This document shows positions 49,679-59,971 of a stretch of DNA of 64,000 bases, one piece after another (the stretch's first letter is position 1; each line of letters starts with the position of its first letter). Both the position numbers and the translations under genes were made by a program. Below the pieces are notes generated by a model. That model was not told the DNA's origin and did not search any database. It worked only from the letters and a program-made list of their open reading frames with translations. The stretch spans positions 192,001-256,000 of the forward strand of contig OY970393.1 in NCBI GenBank assembly GCA_963720465.1, read 5' to 3'. The DNA is from Methanobacteriota archaeon. GTDB taxonomy: Archaea > Halobacteriota > Bog-38 > Methanoflorentales > Methanoflorentaceae.

Positions 49679-50062
49679 ATGAAGGAGCAAACGGAAATAC
49701 GAACGCTGAAAGTCGGCCGCTACATTATAATTGACGATGAACCCTCCACTATAGTAAATTTGGCAACATCAAAGCCTGGTAAGCACGGATCAGCCAAAGC
49801 GAGGATAGACGCGATCGGCGTTTTCGATGGCCAAAAGCGATCGATCGTGCAGCCGGTTAGCGCCAAGATTTACGTCCCCATTGTCGAACGAAAAGGGGCT
49901 CAAGTTCTTTCTGTTATGGGAAGTGTTGCGCAGCTCATGGATCTCAACGACTATTCGACTTTTGAGATTGAGATTCCGCCAGAGTATAAGCATAAACTGG
50001 AGGCAGGCAAAGACGTCACGTACCTGGAATCGATGGGAAAGCGCAAATTAGATATCAAATAA
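49679..50062 (+). CDS. eif5a: Translation factor aIF5A
   Basis: Hypusine-site motif SKPGKHGSAK, QLMD. Confidence 0.96.
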   Translation: MKEQTEIRTLKVGRYIIIDDEPSTIVNLATSKPGKHGSAKARIDAIGVFDGQKRSIVQPVSAKIYVPIVERKGAQVLSVMGSVAQLMDLNDYSTFEIEIPPEYKHKLEAGKDVTYLESMGKRKLDIK

Positions 50063-50093
50063 TAAATTCACTAGACAGTTGACTTTTTGACGC

Positions 50094-50945
50094 ATGATAT
50101 TTGCCGATTCAGGCTCTGATTACGCAAGCAGCAAATACGTTATTCACGGCGTCTTGTTCGACGGCACGTCCTCTTTTAGATCAGGTTCCCGATGGGCGCC
50201 TGAAGCGGTACGCAAAGCTTCGCACAATTTTGAGCCGTACGACTTAGAGTGCGATTGTGAGCTTTCAGAGTCGCTGGTGTGTGATATAGGCGACACGGAG
50301 TATGGCAATGTAGACGACATGATAGCCGATCTGGAGGCAACAACGTCTCGCATAGTGGAAGACGGAAAAGTCCCGATAGCGTTAGGCGGCGAGCACTCAC
50401 TCACTTTTCCATGCGTCAGGGCCCTTGCAAACAAGATGGAGCTCATCGCGGTTATTTTTGATGCGCATCTAGATTTCAAAGAAAATTATCTTGGAAACGA
50501 ATGCGGGCACGCGTGCGTCGCACGAAACGTATTCGGTCTTTCCGTGCCGCTGATTCAAATCGGAATCCGCAGTGGGGCGCGCGATGAGTATGAGAGGGCG
50601 CTAGACACCAGCGCTATTTATACGATGGACCAGATCAGAAGTGTGGGGATTAAGAAAATTTTGAATGATATTGCGCCGTTAGTCGAAAACAGGGCGGTAT
50701 ATCTTTCCATTGACGTGGACGTCCTAGACCCAGCATATGCGCCTGGAGTCGGAAATCCTGAGCCCTATGGGTTGACACCTCTGGAACTGCGAACGGCAAT
50801 CAGAGAGATTTCATCACGCGTGGTCGGTTTCGATATGGTTGAAATCACTCCCGATTACGACATGGGAATTTCGGCTCTTGTCGGCGCGAAACTTGTTCGA
50901 GATTTCTTGTTCGCCCGCTTAATGACGGGCTACGAGAAGCCATGA
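50094..50945 (+). CDS. speB: Agmatinase (ureohydrolase)
   Basis: D.TSSFR.GSR.AP, GGEHS, DAHLD, SIDVDVLDP..APGVGNPEP.G. Confidence 0.92.
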   Translation: MIFADSGSDYASSKYVIHGVLFDGTSSFRSGSRWAPEAVRKASHNFEPYDLECDCELSESLVCDIGDTEYGNVDDMIADLEATTSRIVEDGKVPIALGGEHSLTFPCVRALANKMELIAVIFDAHLDFKENYLGNECGHACVARNVFGLSVPLIQIGIRSGARDEYERALDTSAIYTMDQIRSVGIKKILNDIAPLVENRAVYLSIDVDVLDPAYAPGVGNPEPYGLTPLELRTAIREISSRVVGFDMVEITPDYDMGISALVGAKLVRDFLFARLMTGYEKP

Positions 50946-50962
50946 GAAACGGAGACTATTAG

Positions 50963-51877
50963 GTGAACCCTGTCAAACACGCAAAGCTCGGAAAAGGCAT
51001 CACTGTAGCGGACTTAATGAAACAGTATGAAAACTGCGCTTTTGGAGCCGGTCGCCTAGCTCGGGCTGTTAAAATATACAAAGAAATGCAAGCTGAAGAC
51101 GTCACGAGCTTTTTTGGCCTCGCTGGCGCCATGATTCCAGCAGGAATGCGGCAAGTTGTTGCTGACATGGTTAGGCGCGGCGATATTGATGTGCTAGTTA
51201 CCACAGGCGCTAACCTTGTGCACGACATGATCGAAGCTTTCGGGGGCGAGCATTGTCAAGGACAATGCACTGCGAACGACATCGAACTGAAAAACTGCAA
51301 GATTGATAGGATATATGACGTTTATTTGGCCGACCAACATTTCACAACGTTTGAAGAAAGGTTTGACGCGATAGTTGGTGATATTCTAGATTCGCACCCA
51401 CAAAAGCTGTTTACGATTTGCGATTTTTTGCGGGAGATAGGATCGCGCATAGAGGACAAGAACTCTATTCTACGGGCCGCCGTAGATAACGAAGTGCCTG
51501 TGTTTTGTCCTGCCATCGCTGACTCTTCGATCGGGCTTCAGAGTTGGGTGTTTGGGTATAAACGCGATCTTCAAGTCGACACGTTCAAGGATATTCGGCA
51601 AATAATGGATATCTGCTACAAAGCGCGACGAGCAGGGGCGCTTTTTGTTGGCGGAGGCGTTCCAAAGAATTTCATTATGCAGTCTATGCTTCTTATTCCC
51701 AAAGGGTTTGATTTCGCCATTCAACTCACAATGGATACTCCTGAGACTGGGGGGCTCTCCGGTGCCACTTTGGACGAGGCGAAATCATGGGGGAAGATAG
51801 GTGAGCATGCTGATACGGTAACGGTGTATTCAGACGCGACTATCACGCTGCCGATCTTAGTAGCTGCCACATTGTGA
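50963..51877 (+). CDS. dys: Deoxyhypusine synthase
   Basis: TTGANLVHD, PAIADSSIG, GGGVPKN, GGLSGA.LDEAKSWGK (catalytic Lys), DATI.LP. Confidence 0.95.
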   Translation: MNPVKHAKLGKGITVADLMKQYENCAFGAGRLARAVKIYKEMQAEDVTSFFGLAGAMIPAGMRQVVADMVRRGDIDVLVTTGANLVHDMIEAFGGEHCQGQCTANDIELKNCKIDRIYDVYLADQHFTTFEERFDAIVGDILDSHPQKLFTICDFLREIGSRIEDKNSILRAAVDNEVPVFCPAIADSSIGLQSWVFGYKRDLQVDTFKDIRQIMDICYKARRAGALFVGGGVPKNFIMQSMLLIPKGFDFAIQLTMDTPETGGLSGATLDEAKSWGKIGEHADTVTVYSDATITLPILVAATL

Positions 51878-51902
51878 ATACTTGCGACTCGATTTTGAAA
51901 TG

Positions 51903-52571
51903 CTAGAAGCGTCTGCCTGAAACTCGATCTAAGTCAAAGCTCGCTGTTTTCGCGATTGCCATCACGGCAAATGTTCCTGCCTGTATAGGATCAGTGACTA
52001 CTAGGTCCGCTATTTCCGGCACAGACCCCGCCATGTTCAGAGCAATGACCTTAAAACCCTCTTTTTGTAGCTTCTTGACCTCCTGAGCGATTTTTCCCCC
52101 CATAAGCGCTCCCGCGAGCACCAATATGCTTGCGCGATGCGTCCTAGATACTGCATTTACTGCTTTGGCTATATTGTCTTCGTCTACTATTGGCAATGTG
52201 TCAATGCTAATTCTCTCTCCGCGTATGTTATGTCTATCAGCTTCCGTAATCGCTCCGAGGGCTACTTGCGCGACCTGAGCGCCACCGCCGATTATAATGA
52301 TTCTGGAGCCCCAAATCTTCTCGAAAGGCTCATGAAAAGAAACGCTGTCGACCTCAGAGATGGCCTTAAGCTTTTTAGCCAAGTCTAGCACGCTTGAGAC
52401 GTTCACGATCTCCATATAGATTGCAGCCAAGCCCTGGTGTTTCCCCTTTGTGAGGATGAACTGCTGCGTGTATCGTATATTACCTTCAAAACGGGCAACT
52501 GCGGCGGCAACATCTCTCAAAACGCCCGGCTTGTCTTGGCATATCACATTTATCGCTGTTGAGTTCTCCAT
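51903..52571 (-). CDS. ACT-domain protein (DUF5612/EhbQ-like)
   Basis: N-terminal ACT (DKPGVLRDV); GGGAQVAQVA.GAI.EADRHNIRGERIS.DT, LAG.LMGG, DPIQAG. Confidence 0.75.
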   Translation of the reverse strand: MENSTAINVICQDKPGVLRDVAAAVARFEGNIRYTQQFILTKGKHQGLAAIYMEIVNVSSVLDLAKKLKAISEVDSVSFHEPFEKIWGSRIIIIGGGAQVAQVALGAITEADRHNIRGERISIDTLPIVDEDNIAKAVNAVSRTHRASILVLAGALMGGKIAQEVKKLQKEGFKVIALNMAGSVPEIADLVVTDPIQAGTFAVMAIAKTASFDLDRVSGRRF

Positions 52572-52577
52572 CGCGGG

Positions 52578-53612
52578 CTAGCTCCGGGCATCAGATCTGT
52601 TAAAGATATGTTGAGGGTCTATGATGCCTTCTTCGGTTATTATTCCCGTGATGAATTCGACGGGCGTCGCATCAAACGCGGGGTTTTCAACTTGCACAGC
52701 GCTCGGGGCAATTTGTTGCCCACCGCAGAATCTGAGTTCATTGGCATCTCGCTCTTCAATCTTGACGACGGAGCTTTCGTAATCAAAGGTTGATAACGGC
52801 GCGGCGACGTAGAATGGTATGCCATGGTTCTTGGCGCAGATCGCGAGCATATACGTTCCGACCTTGTTGTAAACTTCCGATCTAGTGATCCGGTCTGCCC
52901 CGACAATTACATGATCGATTTTTCCTTGCCTCATTATCCAAGCCGCCATGTTGTCGGCGACCAAGGTGGTTGGAATGTGGTCTTCGAGCAACTCAAACGC
53001 TGTGATGCGGCTGCCCTGGTTGAGTGGTCTTGTCTCACACACATATACGGCGATGCGCTTTCCTTCCTGTACTGCCGAGCGAATGATCCCCAAAGCAGTC
53101 CCCCAGCCTACGGTGGCGAGCCTTCCAGCGTTGCAGTAGGTCATGACGACGTCACCATCTTTCAACAAAGACGCGCCCACGACGCTTAAAGCCTTATTAG
53201 TGATCACATCTTCTTCTGCTATGTGTATCGCTTCGTCGAGCGCAGTTTCTCGGACTTCGTCAGATGTGATGCACGGCTCTATTGCTTTCAGAACGCGATC
53301 AACTCCATAAAACAGATTGGCGGCAGTTGGTCGTGTTGCTAGAATTGACCTTGCCGCCGCATGTACGTGGGTCTTTAGCTTAGATAGTGTGCGGGCTGTC
53401 GAGTTGTGTGCCGCAAGAGCAATGCCGTAGGCGCCGGCTGCGCCGAGAGCCGGCGCTCCGCGCACTTTTAATTTATTTATTGCGATAATGAGCTGATTGA
53501 TTGTTGTAATTTTGATGAGCTTATAGGCGATTGGAAGCTTTGTTTGATCGACTAACCTAATGGCGCCGCTGTCCCAGAAAATCGTTAGTTTTTCGGTAAA
53601 CTCCCGGTCCAT
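52578..53612 (-). CDS. mtnA: S-methyl-5-thioribose-1-phosphate isomerase (aIF2B-like family)
   Basis: DQTKLP, VRGAPALG, TRPTA.NL, CNAG.LAT...GTALG, ETRP.NQG.R.TA.EL, GADRI, NKVGTY, NPAFD.TP. Confidence 0.92.
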   Translation of the reverse strand: MDREFTEKLTIFWDSGAIRLVDQTKLPIAYKLIKITTINQLIIAINKLKVRGAPALGAAGAYGIALAAHNSTARTLSKLKTHVHAAARSILATRPTAANLFYGVDRVLKAIEPCITSDEVRETALDEAIHIAEEDVITNKALSVVGASLLKDGDVVMTYCNAGRLATVGWGTALGIIRSAVQEGKRIAVYVCETRPLNQGSRITAFELLEDHIPTTLVADNMAAWIMRQGKIDHVIVGADRITRSEVYNKVGTYMLAICAKNHGIPFYVAAPLSTFDYESSVVKIEERDANELRFCGGQQIAPSAVQVENPAFDATPVEFITGIITEEGIIDPQHIFNRSDARS

Positions 53613-53860
53613 ATTCTTTACTGGGAATTCAAGTTTACAAGCTTAACGGTGGCATATTACTCCAGAGCTCGTGCCAACGCCTCAAACGTTCGAGCGAACG
53701 GTTCTTTGCCTCCCTAAAACAGAACCTTCGTGAAAGCCTCTAATCCAAGCCGCGTGCTGGAATCTGGTGCGAAAAGTTAGTTATTTTCTTTTTTTGTACA
53801 ATTCATTATCCTATAACAACCATTAAATATAGGTGTAGTTAACTGTTTGCAGAAATCGTA

Positions 53861-54379
53861 ATGCTTGCAGATGATCTTATTCGGGCAACGTTTTCATCCG
53901 ACGAGGAGCTTAAGAGTACTCTTTTGCAAGCGATAAAAGAACTTGGATATACAGTTACGAAGTTTGCTGACATCTCAGGCGTATCATCAAGCACGCTTTA
54001 CAAAATTATTTCAGGAGAACGCGAACCAAATCTCAAAACACTCAGAGAGATCCTCCGAGCAGTTAGACGACTCGAAGGAGCCTCAAAAAAAGGCGATCTT
54101 ATCGCCGTCGTCGCTGCTAGGCCTGTGCTTGACAAGATAACGGAAAGGTCCATGATGATAGAAGGGAAAGAAATCGTAATCAGAGAGTATCCAGCAACGT
54201 CAATTGAAGAAGCTTTGATAGCAGCTATCCACGCTGAGCGCGACGGCGCGCTCGCATTAGTTTGCGCCCCGATCGTCAGTCCCACAGTTGAAAAAATTTT
54301 GCGCATCCCCGTCGCATCTATCATGCCACAGAATAGCCTGGTCGAAGCGATCAGACTCGCAGCACGGAAAATCGGCTGA
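53861..54379 (+). CDS. XRE-family HTH transcriptional regulator
   Basis: FADISGVSSSTLYKIISGEREPNLKTLR, C-terminal AVVAAR...VCAPIVS. Confidence 0.85.
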   Translation: MLADDLIRATFSSDEELKSTLLQAIKELGYTVTKFADISGVSSSTLYKIISGEREPNLKTLREILRAVRRLEGASKKGDLIAVVAARPVLDKITERSMMIEGKEIVIREYPATSIEEALIAAIHAERDGALALVCAPIVSPTVEKILRIPVASIMPQNSLVEAIRLAARKIG

Positions 54380-54584
54380 CTGGTGTAACGCGGCAACTTC
54401 GTTCAATCGGCAAGCAGCGTATTTCTTAGGCGTGTAACTCAATCAGGGCGTCTTCGAGGCTAAAAGTGCCTGGTGGGGCCCTACGCTCTTGATCGCCGAG
54501 CAAATTCCTTGCGCTCGCGCGTAGCTTTGCACGAGGTGGCGCAATCTGCGGGCAACGAAGCGAATGCAGTGCGATTTGCGCGAC

Positions 54585-55061
54585 TCAAATCAAGTATGTC
54601 GCGATATCGCTATCGATGATGCTCTCGCAGTAGCTGCACCGAAGGACAAACGAATCTAGAACTCTAAACTTAGAATAGATCGGCTCTGCGCTATTTGAAA
54701 TGCAATTTAGATTCGGGCAGCGAACGACGTGGGTTATCAAATCTGGTAAGACGACTAACTTCTTTTGTACCACTTCGTAGTCGCGTATGATGTTGATCGT
54801 CGCCTGCGGGGCTATAAGCGCAATTTTGTCTACTTCTGCCGGGACTAGCTCCCGGTCTTCGATCTTGACGATATCTTTTCGTCCGAATGCTAGCCTCTTG
54901 CTTGGCACATTCATGACCACGCTAACGATAGCTGTACTGATCCCAGTTATGCCGAGTATTCTGAGCACGTTAAGAGCGTTTCCGGCGGTGATATGGTCTA
55001 TGACAGAACCGTTTCGAATCGATCGGACTCTCAGTTCCTCCTTGTCTTTGTCTGGAATCAT
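54585..55061 (-). CDS. pyrI: Aspartate carbamoyltransferase regulatory subunit
   Basis: [37 protein letters not shown]. Confidence 0.96.
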   Translation of the reverse strand: MIPDKDKEELRVRSIRNGSVIDHITAGNALNVLRILGITGISTAIVSVVMNVPSKRLAFGRKDIVKIEDRELVPAEVDKIALIAPQATINIIRDYEVVQKKLVVLPDLITHVVRCPNLNCISNSAEPIYSKFRVLDSFVLRCSYCESIIDSDIATYLI

Positions 55062-55960
55062 GTCGCACCATTCAAGAGTATCGCAAGCAACGCCATTCTT
55101 ACAGGGATCCCATAGAATGCTTGTTTGAAGTACTTCGCGTGTTTCGTTTGATCAACTTCTTGAGCTATTTCGTCTACGCGCGGCAGCGGATGCATGATAA
55201 TCAGATTATCGCGCACTCCCTCTAAAACTGGCAGCGTTATCTTATAGCTCTTGGCGACGCGCAAATATTCGTTTGGATCAGGAAATCGTTCTTTTTGTAT
55301 TCGCGTGACATAGAGCACATCCACGTCCCGAATGACCTCATCGATGTCCTCGGTTAATCTGACTGAATGTAGCGTACTAGCGATGTGCTTGGGCATTTGG
55401 AGCCCCTCTGGCGCTACAAGCGTGATGTTCGCATCGTACATATTTAAGGCATAGACTAGGGAATGGGCAGTCCGTCCGTATTTAAGATCTCCTAGCAAAG
55501 CTATGTCGAGGTCGTGTAAATGACTCTCCTTTTTTATCGTGAAGAGATCGAGAAGAGTTTGAGTCGGATGGTGACCTGCTCCATCGCCTCCGTTAATGAT
55601 GGGGACGCTTGATATCTCACTAGCCATTCGCGCTGCTCCTTCCCTCGGATGTCGCAGGACGATCGCATCTGCGTATTCACCCACTACTTTTATCGTGTCG
55701 GCAAGGGTTTCGCCTTTTAGCACAGAGCTCTCTTCCGAGGTTAAGCTTAAAGTAGAGCCGCCAAGCCGCTTCATTGCTGAGTCGAACGAAAGTTGCGTTC
55801 TGGTACTAGGTTCGAAAAAAAGTAGCGCCAATATTCGGCTTTGGAGCAGTCGCACGCCGGCTTTTGCGCACGGCATCATTTTTTCAGCATAGTCCAGCAC
55901 AAAGTCCACATCATCGCGCGTTAAATCTCGCATTGAAACGATGTGTTTTTGCTTGAACAT
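55058..55960 (-). CDS. pyrB: Aspartate carbamoyltransferase catalytic subunit
   Basis: [36 protein letters not shown]. Confidence 0.97.
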   Translation of the reverse strand: MFKQKHIVSMRDLTRDDVDFVLDYAEKMMPCAKAGVRLLQSRILALLFFEPSTRTQLSFDSAMKRLGGSTLSLTSEESSVLKGETLADTIKVVGEYADAIVLRHPREGAARMASEISSVPIINGGDGAGHHPTQTLLDLFTIKKESHLHDLDIALLGDLKYGRTAHSLVYALNMYDANITLVAPEGLQMPKHIASTLHSVRLTEDIDEVIRDVDVLYVTRIQKERFPDPNEYLRVAKSYKITLPVLEGVRDNLIIMHPLPRVDEIAQEVDQTKHAKYFKQAFYGIPVRMALLAILLNGAT

Positions 55961-56056
55961 CCTATAATTATTGTTAACTGAAGCTTTTATAGTTTATCGA
56001 GTGTCTCTTATCTGCTTACAAGTGCCTCCTCCGGTGTTGCGGTTGGCACATATGTG

Positions 56057-57112
56057 TCATAGGCGTTTGATCACAGCCTCTACTTCCCGTCTGTAAGCTT
56101 CTTGACTGCAGCCACATATATAAGCTAGAGTCATGGCTCCCCCTGCCCCTACGCCTTCTTTCACCTCTCCCTGCTCATATTTCTGAAGCGCACCAACCGA
56201 GCTTTTTGAGAACCCTGGATCGGCGCTAAACGCATCTACGTCTAATGCAGTAACTAACTTTACAAACTGAGCCGGACGATCGTCAAAGACGTACTTTGTC
56301 GTCGCTATTACAAGGTCGGTGGAAACGTTGAGTGCACGTAACGCGGCTGCAACTGCACCCATTTGCGTTCCACCTGCTAAGATAACTTCTTTTCCGGAGC
56401 GCAGGAAACCCTCGGTGAGTCCGACCGCACAAGGCATCATTGGATCACCAAATAGTTCAATAGCTCGCATGGGATCGTTTCGTAAGTCTCCTGGATTAAT
56501 AGAAGCGCGGCGCATCGCCTCGCGTACGACTTTTTGTTTTAAAGCGATCGGATTCGTCGCGAAGCTGCTGCTCACGTTAGCGGTGAAGCCAAGCGCTCGT
56601 AGCACGCACAGCGCGGTGGTTGTGCCTCCAGGAATTGTCTCTCCTATTACTGCTAAATCGCAGTCACAGTACGCAGCGAGCTTTTTAGCAGCCTTTTGGA
56701 TTGAGTAAGCGTCGGGCACTGCTGGCGCAAATCGGATGTCGCTGCCGTGTTTCGTTCGCAGGTCGTAGTAGGGGACCCCGGGCACAATCTTCAAGCCTGA
56801 GTTTATTAGAAGATGTGCACTTTGTGACAGATTAAGGCCGGCACGTGTGAGAACGGCAGGAGTGACGGCTCCAGACGGTGCATTAGGCATTACTCCAATC
56901 GTTTTCAGTTTTCCATTGGAGACAATTTCAGCGTCAGCAGCCGGCGTGTATTGGATGTAATCTTCAGCGCTTCCAGCCCCTGATATGCCGGGAATCGTCG
57001 CCGTATCCGAATTGGAGAGAATCAAAATGAAAAGCGGGCGCTCAACGCCGCTATACCTTTTCCTAATGTCTAAAGGTCGCCCTGAACCGTTGTGGCAGTT
57101 AGTTACCCACAT
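56057..57112 (-). CDS. cobT: Archaeal CobT-type nicotinate-mononucleotide phosphoribosyltransferase (TIGR00303-like)
   Basis: IPGISGAG, TP.ADAE, TPAV.TRA, GETIPGGTTTAL, GDPM, LAGGTQM, VKEGVGAGG. Confidence 0.88.
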   Translation of the reverse strand: MWVTNCHNGSGRPLDIRKRYSGVERPLFILILSNSDTATIPGISGAGSAEDYIQYTPAADAEIVSNGKLKTIGVMPNAPSGAVTPAVLTRAGLNLSQSAHLLINSGLKIVPGVPYYDLRTKHGSDIRFAPAVPDAYSIQKAAKKLAAYCDCDLAVIGETIPGGTTTALCVLRALGFTANVSSSFATNPIALKQKVVREAMRRASINPGDLRNDPMRAIELFGDPMMPCAVGLTEGFLRSGKEVILAGGTQMGAVAAALRALNVSTDLVIATTKYVFDDRPAQFVKLVTALDVDAFSADPGFSKSSVGALQKYEQGEVKEGVGAGGAMTLAYICGCSQEAYRREVEAVIKRL

Positions 57113-57162
57113 GACTCCGAATCCTGTGCACCCTTTTTGGTTACACCAGCGCGGCCGTTTCT

Positions 57163-58431
57163 CTATTGAAGCCGCGGGAGAGTGAGCGCTCCGTACGGCA
57201 TGACTGTAATTCGGGCATCTGGCCCATACTTTCGCGCTGTTTCCCGTAGAGCATCATCCAAATCTCGTGCGCAGAGTAAAAATGCGCGCTCCACAATCTC
57301 TTCTTGAAGCTCAGACACGAGATAAACATCGGCTTTTTGGGTGAGCTTAGCCAGAATTCCGGCCTTATGTCCGCCGATTTCGAATGCGTAGTCGAGCCTG
57401 TCAACAAGCTCCTGTTTGCTATGAGCTTCGTTAATCCATCGTTCAAACACTTTTTCACCCAATCCTTCTGGACACTCGGCCGCCAGCACGATCGCGCCAC
57501 CCTCCTTCATCGCGTATTTCGCATTGTCTAGCGCTTTCTGTGCTTGAAAGAGGTTTATATCCTTGGGTGTACCTCCAGCTGAAACGAGCACGACATCAGC
57601 GAGTTCGGTAATCGGAATTATGTACATCGAATCAACGACTTTGACGCCTTCGCGGTGCGCTGCAATGGGATCACCTGCCACAGCTTTTACGATCTGCTTT
57701 TTTGAGTTAAGCACGACGTTTACGAGAAAGTCGCATCCGATCAACTGGCCCGCCTCCTCTAGATCTTTTCTTACAGGGCTGTCTAGCCTTCCGGCGGTCG
57801 CGTTTGGCTGTAGCATAAGTTTATGATTGGCTTCAATAGTCTCTCGCGCGCAGATGCCAGGGAGCAGTGACTTGTATCCGCCGCTGTATCCTGCAAAGTA
57901 GTGGAGTTCAACCGCTCCCAGGCAAATTCTCACATCGGAGTCTAGAGCCAGTGTGTTGGCATGAACACACGTGCCTCGCGACGTTGTTCCTACAAAAGCG
58001 CACTCATTCGCGTCGTGGTTGACGCAATGGTAATTGTCAAAGACATCATCGCCCACGAGCGTTCTCATCTCTGGTTCGGATAACGTCCTGTGAATTCCCA
58101 GAGCAAACAAAATCGTCACCGAATCTTCAGGTATCCCGCCTTTGTGCAGGTCTCTTAAAACATGAGGAAGCAACTTCTTGGTCGGCGTCGGCCTCGTTAT
58201 GTCACTCACGATGATGACGGCGGTCAAGTCTTTTTTGGAGGCCTTGCGCGTTGACACGATTTCGTGGAGCATGGGTGTCTCAAGAGGATGTTGCATCGCG
58301 CGGACAATCTCACTTTCTTCATCTCCAGCCTCGATTTCCTTTGGTTGTATTACTTGAATGAGGTTTCTTTTGTTTAGCGTTGCGGCGGTTTTTCGGTCTC
58401 CGTATTTGAGAGTCACCCGAGATTTGCCCAT
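57163..58431 (-). CDS. Nickel-pincer-dependent lactate racemase (LarA) family protein
   Basis: SDITRPTP, ALG.HR, HYFAGYSGG.KS..PG, ANH, GG.PKD.NL.QA.KA, AEC.EG.G. Confidence 0.9.
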   Translation of the reverse strand: MGKSRVTLKYGDRKTAATLNKRNLIQVIQPKEIEAGDEESEIVRAMQHPLETPMLHEIVSTRKASKKDLTAVIIVSDITRPTPTKKLLPHVLRDLHKGGIPEDSVTILFALGIHRTLSEPEMRTLVGDDVFDNYHCVNHDANECAFVGTTSRGTCVHANTLALDSDVRICLGAVELHYFAGYSGGYKSLLPGICARETIEANHKLMLQPNATAGRLDSPVRKDLEEAGQLIGCDFLVNVVLNSKKQIVKAVAGDPIAAHREGVKVVDSMYIIPITELADVVLVSAGGTPKDINLFQAQKALDNAKYAMKEGGAIVLAAECPEGLGEKVFERWINEAHSKQELVDRLDYAFEIGGHKAGILAKLTQKADVYLVSELQEEIVERAFLLCARDLDDALRETARKYGPDARITVMPYGALTLPRLQ

Positions 58432-58583
58432 ATAGGGACTGATAAGTATTTTTTAGTATATCAATATGCAACGCCCCAGAGAAGCTGTTCAAAACAAGGA
58501 GAAGTAGTTTCATATAGAATTGTTGCCATAAAAAGAACGTAGTTGCGTTATATCGTATTGCGACGAAGTGGAGGAGCCTAAAG

Positions 58584-59858
58584 TTGTACAGATCGTATGC
58601 TGAGATGCCGAAAATCGAGCTTCCGGGCGATTTGGAGGTCAAGATTAGTGACAGCACCCTGAGAGACGGGTCCCAAATGCCGGGCATCGTATTAAAGAAA
58701 GCACAGAAGCTTAAGATATTCGAGTTTTTGCACGAAATGGGCATAGAAAAGCTCGAGTGTTTTGTTTTCAATGAGAGAGACCGCAGCTTAGCCCGGGATA
58801 TGCTCGATTGCAATTATGATCATCCAGAAATCACAGGGTGGGCGCGCGCCAACGTCGCCGATATTGATATGAACCTTAGCATGGACGGCATAAACGAGGT
58901 AGGCATTCTGATGTCCATATCGGACACGCACATTTTCGACAAACTTGGCTTGAAGGATCGAGAACAAGCGCGCGACAAGTACGCCGAAGCTCTCCAATAC
59001 GCTGTCGATCACGGGTTGAAGGTACGATGCCATCTCGAGGATATTACGCGCGCCGATATCCCAAACTTCGTGATCCCTTTCGTCAAGGAATTGCTGGATA
59101 TTGCCCCTGACGCGATTTTTCGAATCTGTGATACTTTGAATTACGGCGTCCCGTTCGATGAGACTCCACTGCCGTACAGCATACCCAAGATCGTGCGTGC
59201 CTTCAAAGAGATCGGCGCCGAGGATCTCGAAATGCACGTTCACGATGACTTTGGACTTGGCGTTGCCAACACTTTGGCTGGGTACTGGTACGGAGCTAAC
59301 TGGTCGAGTTTGACGTTCATGGGCATAGGTGAACGGGCAGGAAATACCGAGCTTGAAAAGATTCTCACCTTTCTTTTTTGTCGCGTGAAGGGATTCGAAA
59401 AGTACAACCCTACACCAGTTACGGAGCTCACCCGCTATCTGGAACACGAGCTTGCTTTTAGACTCCCGCGAAACAAGGCCATTGTCGGCGAAAACATTTT
59501 CGCCCACGAAAGCGGCATACATACTGACGGCGTGTTGAAGAACCCTTTTACGTACGAGCCGTTTCCACCAGAGGTTGTAGGCGGACAGCGCGTGCTTCTC
59601 ATAGGAGACTCCTCTGGGAGGGAAGTAGTGCGCCACAAGATGCAGGAAGTCCTGAACGAGCTTCTGGGCGTCGAGGTGAACTTGAGGAAAAACGACCGCA
59701 GGATTAAGATGATCTGCAACGACATTCACAAACTTTACGATGAGGAGGCGCGCACGTCCAGCGTCTCAGATGATGAACTCAAGGAGTACGCGATTAAATA
59801 CTTCCTCACGACCGAGGAAGCGTTCCCGCCCTGGATTGCCCACACTCGTTACGAATAA
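58584..59858 (+). CDS. DRE-TIM Claisen-condensing synthase, Re-citrate-synthase-like
   Basis: DSTLRDG.Q, S.SD.HIF.KL, RCHLEDITRAD, RICDT..YG.P, H.HDDFG, GIGER.GN, HESGIH; no LeuA regulatory domain. Confidence 0.8.
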   Translation: MYRSYAEMPKIELPGDLEVKISDSTLRDGSQMPGIVLKKAQKLKIFEFLHEMGIEKLECFVFNERDRSLARDMLDCNYDHPEITGWARANVADIDMNLSMDGINEVGILMSISDTHIFDKLGLKDREQARDKYAEALQYAVDHGLKVRCHLEDITRADIPNFVIPFVKELLDIAPDAIFRICDTLNYGVPFDETPLPYSIPKIVRAFKEIGAEDLEMHVHDDFGLGVANTLAGYWYGANWSSLTFMGIGERAGNTELEKILTFLFCRVKGFEKYNPTPVTELTRYLEHELAFRLPRNKAIVGENIFAHESGIHTDGVLKNPFTYEPFPPEVVGGQRVLLIGDSSGREVVRHKMQEVLNELLGVEVNLRKNDRRIKMICNDIHKLYDEEARTSSVSDDELKEYAIKYFLTTEEAFPPWIAHTRYE

Positions 59859-59971
59859 AAGCTAGGGGAGGAAGCAATACGAAGCAGTGCCGCTACCGAA
59901 GGCGTGAGCGTGTCCTGCTCGGATCGGAAAGCTTAGATTTTTACTCTTGCGTCCTCGCCGGCGAAGGCATT

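Noticed and set aside
58788-59729. 313-aa antisense ORF opposite the synthase
   Set aside because: Fully nested antisense to a well-supported gene with no motifs; consistent with a codon-bias shadow.
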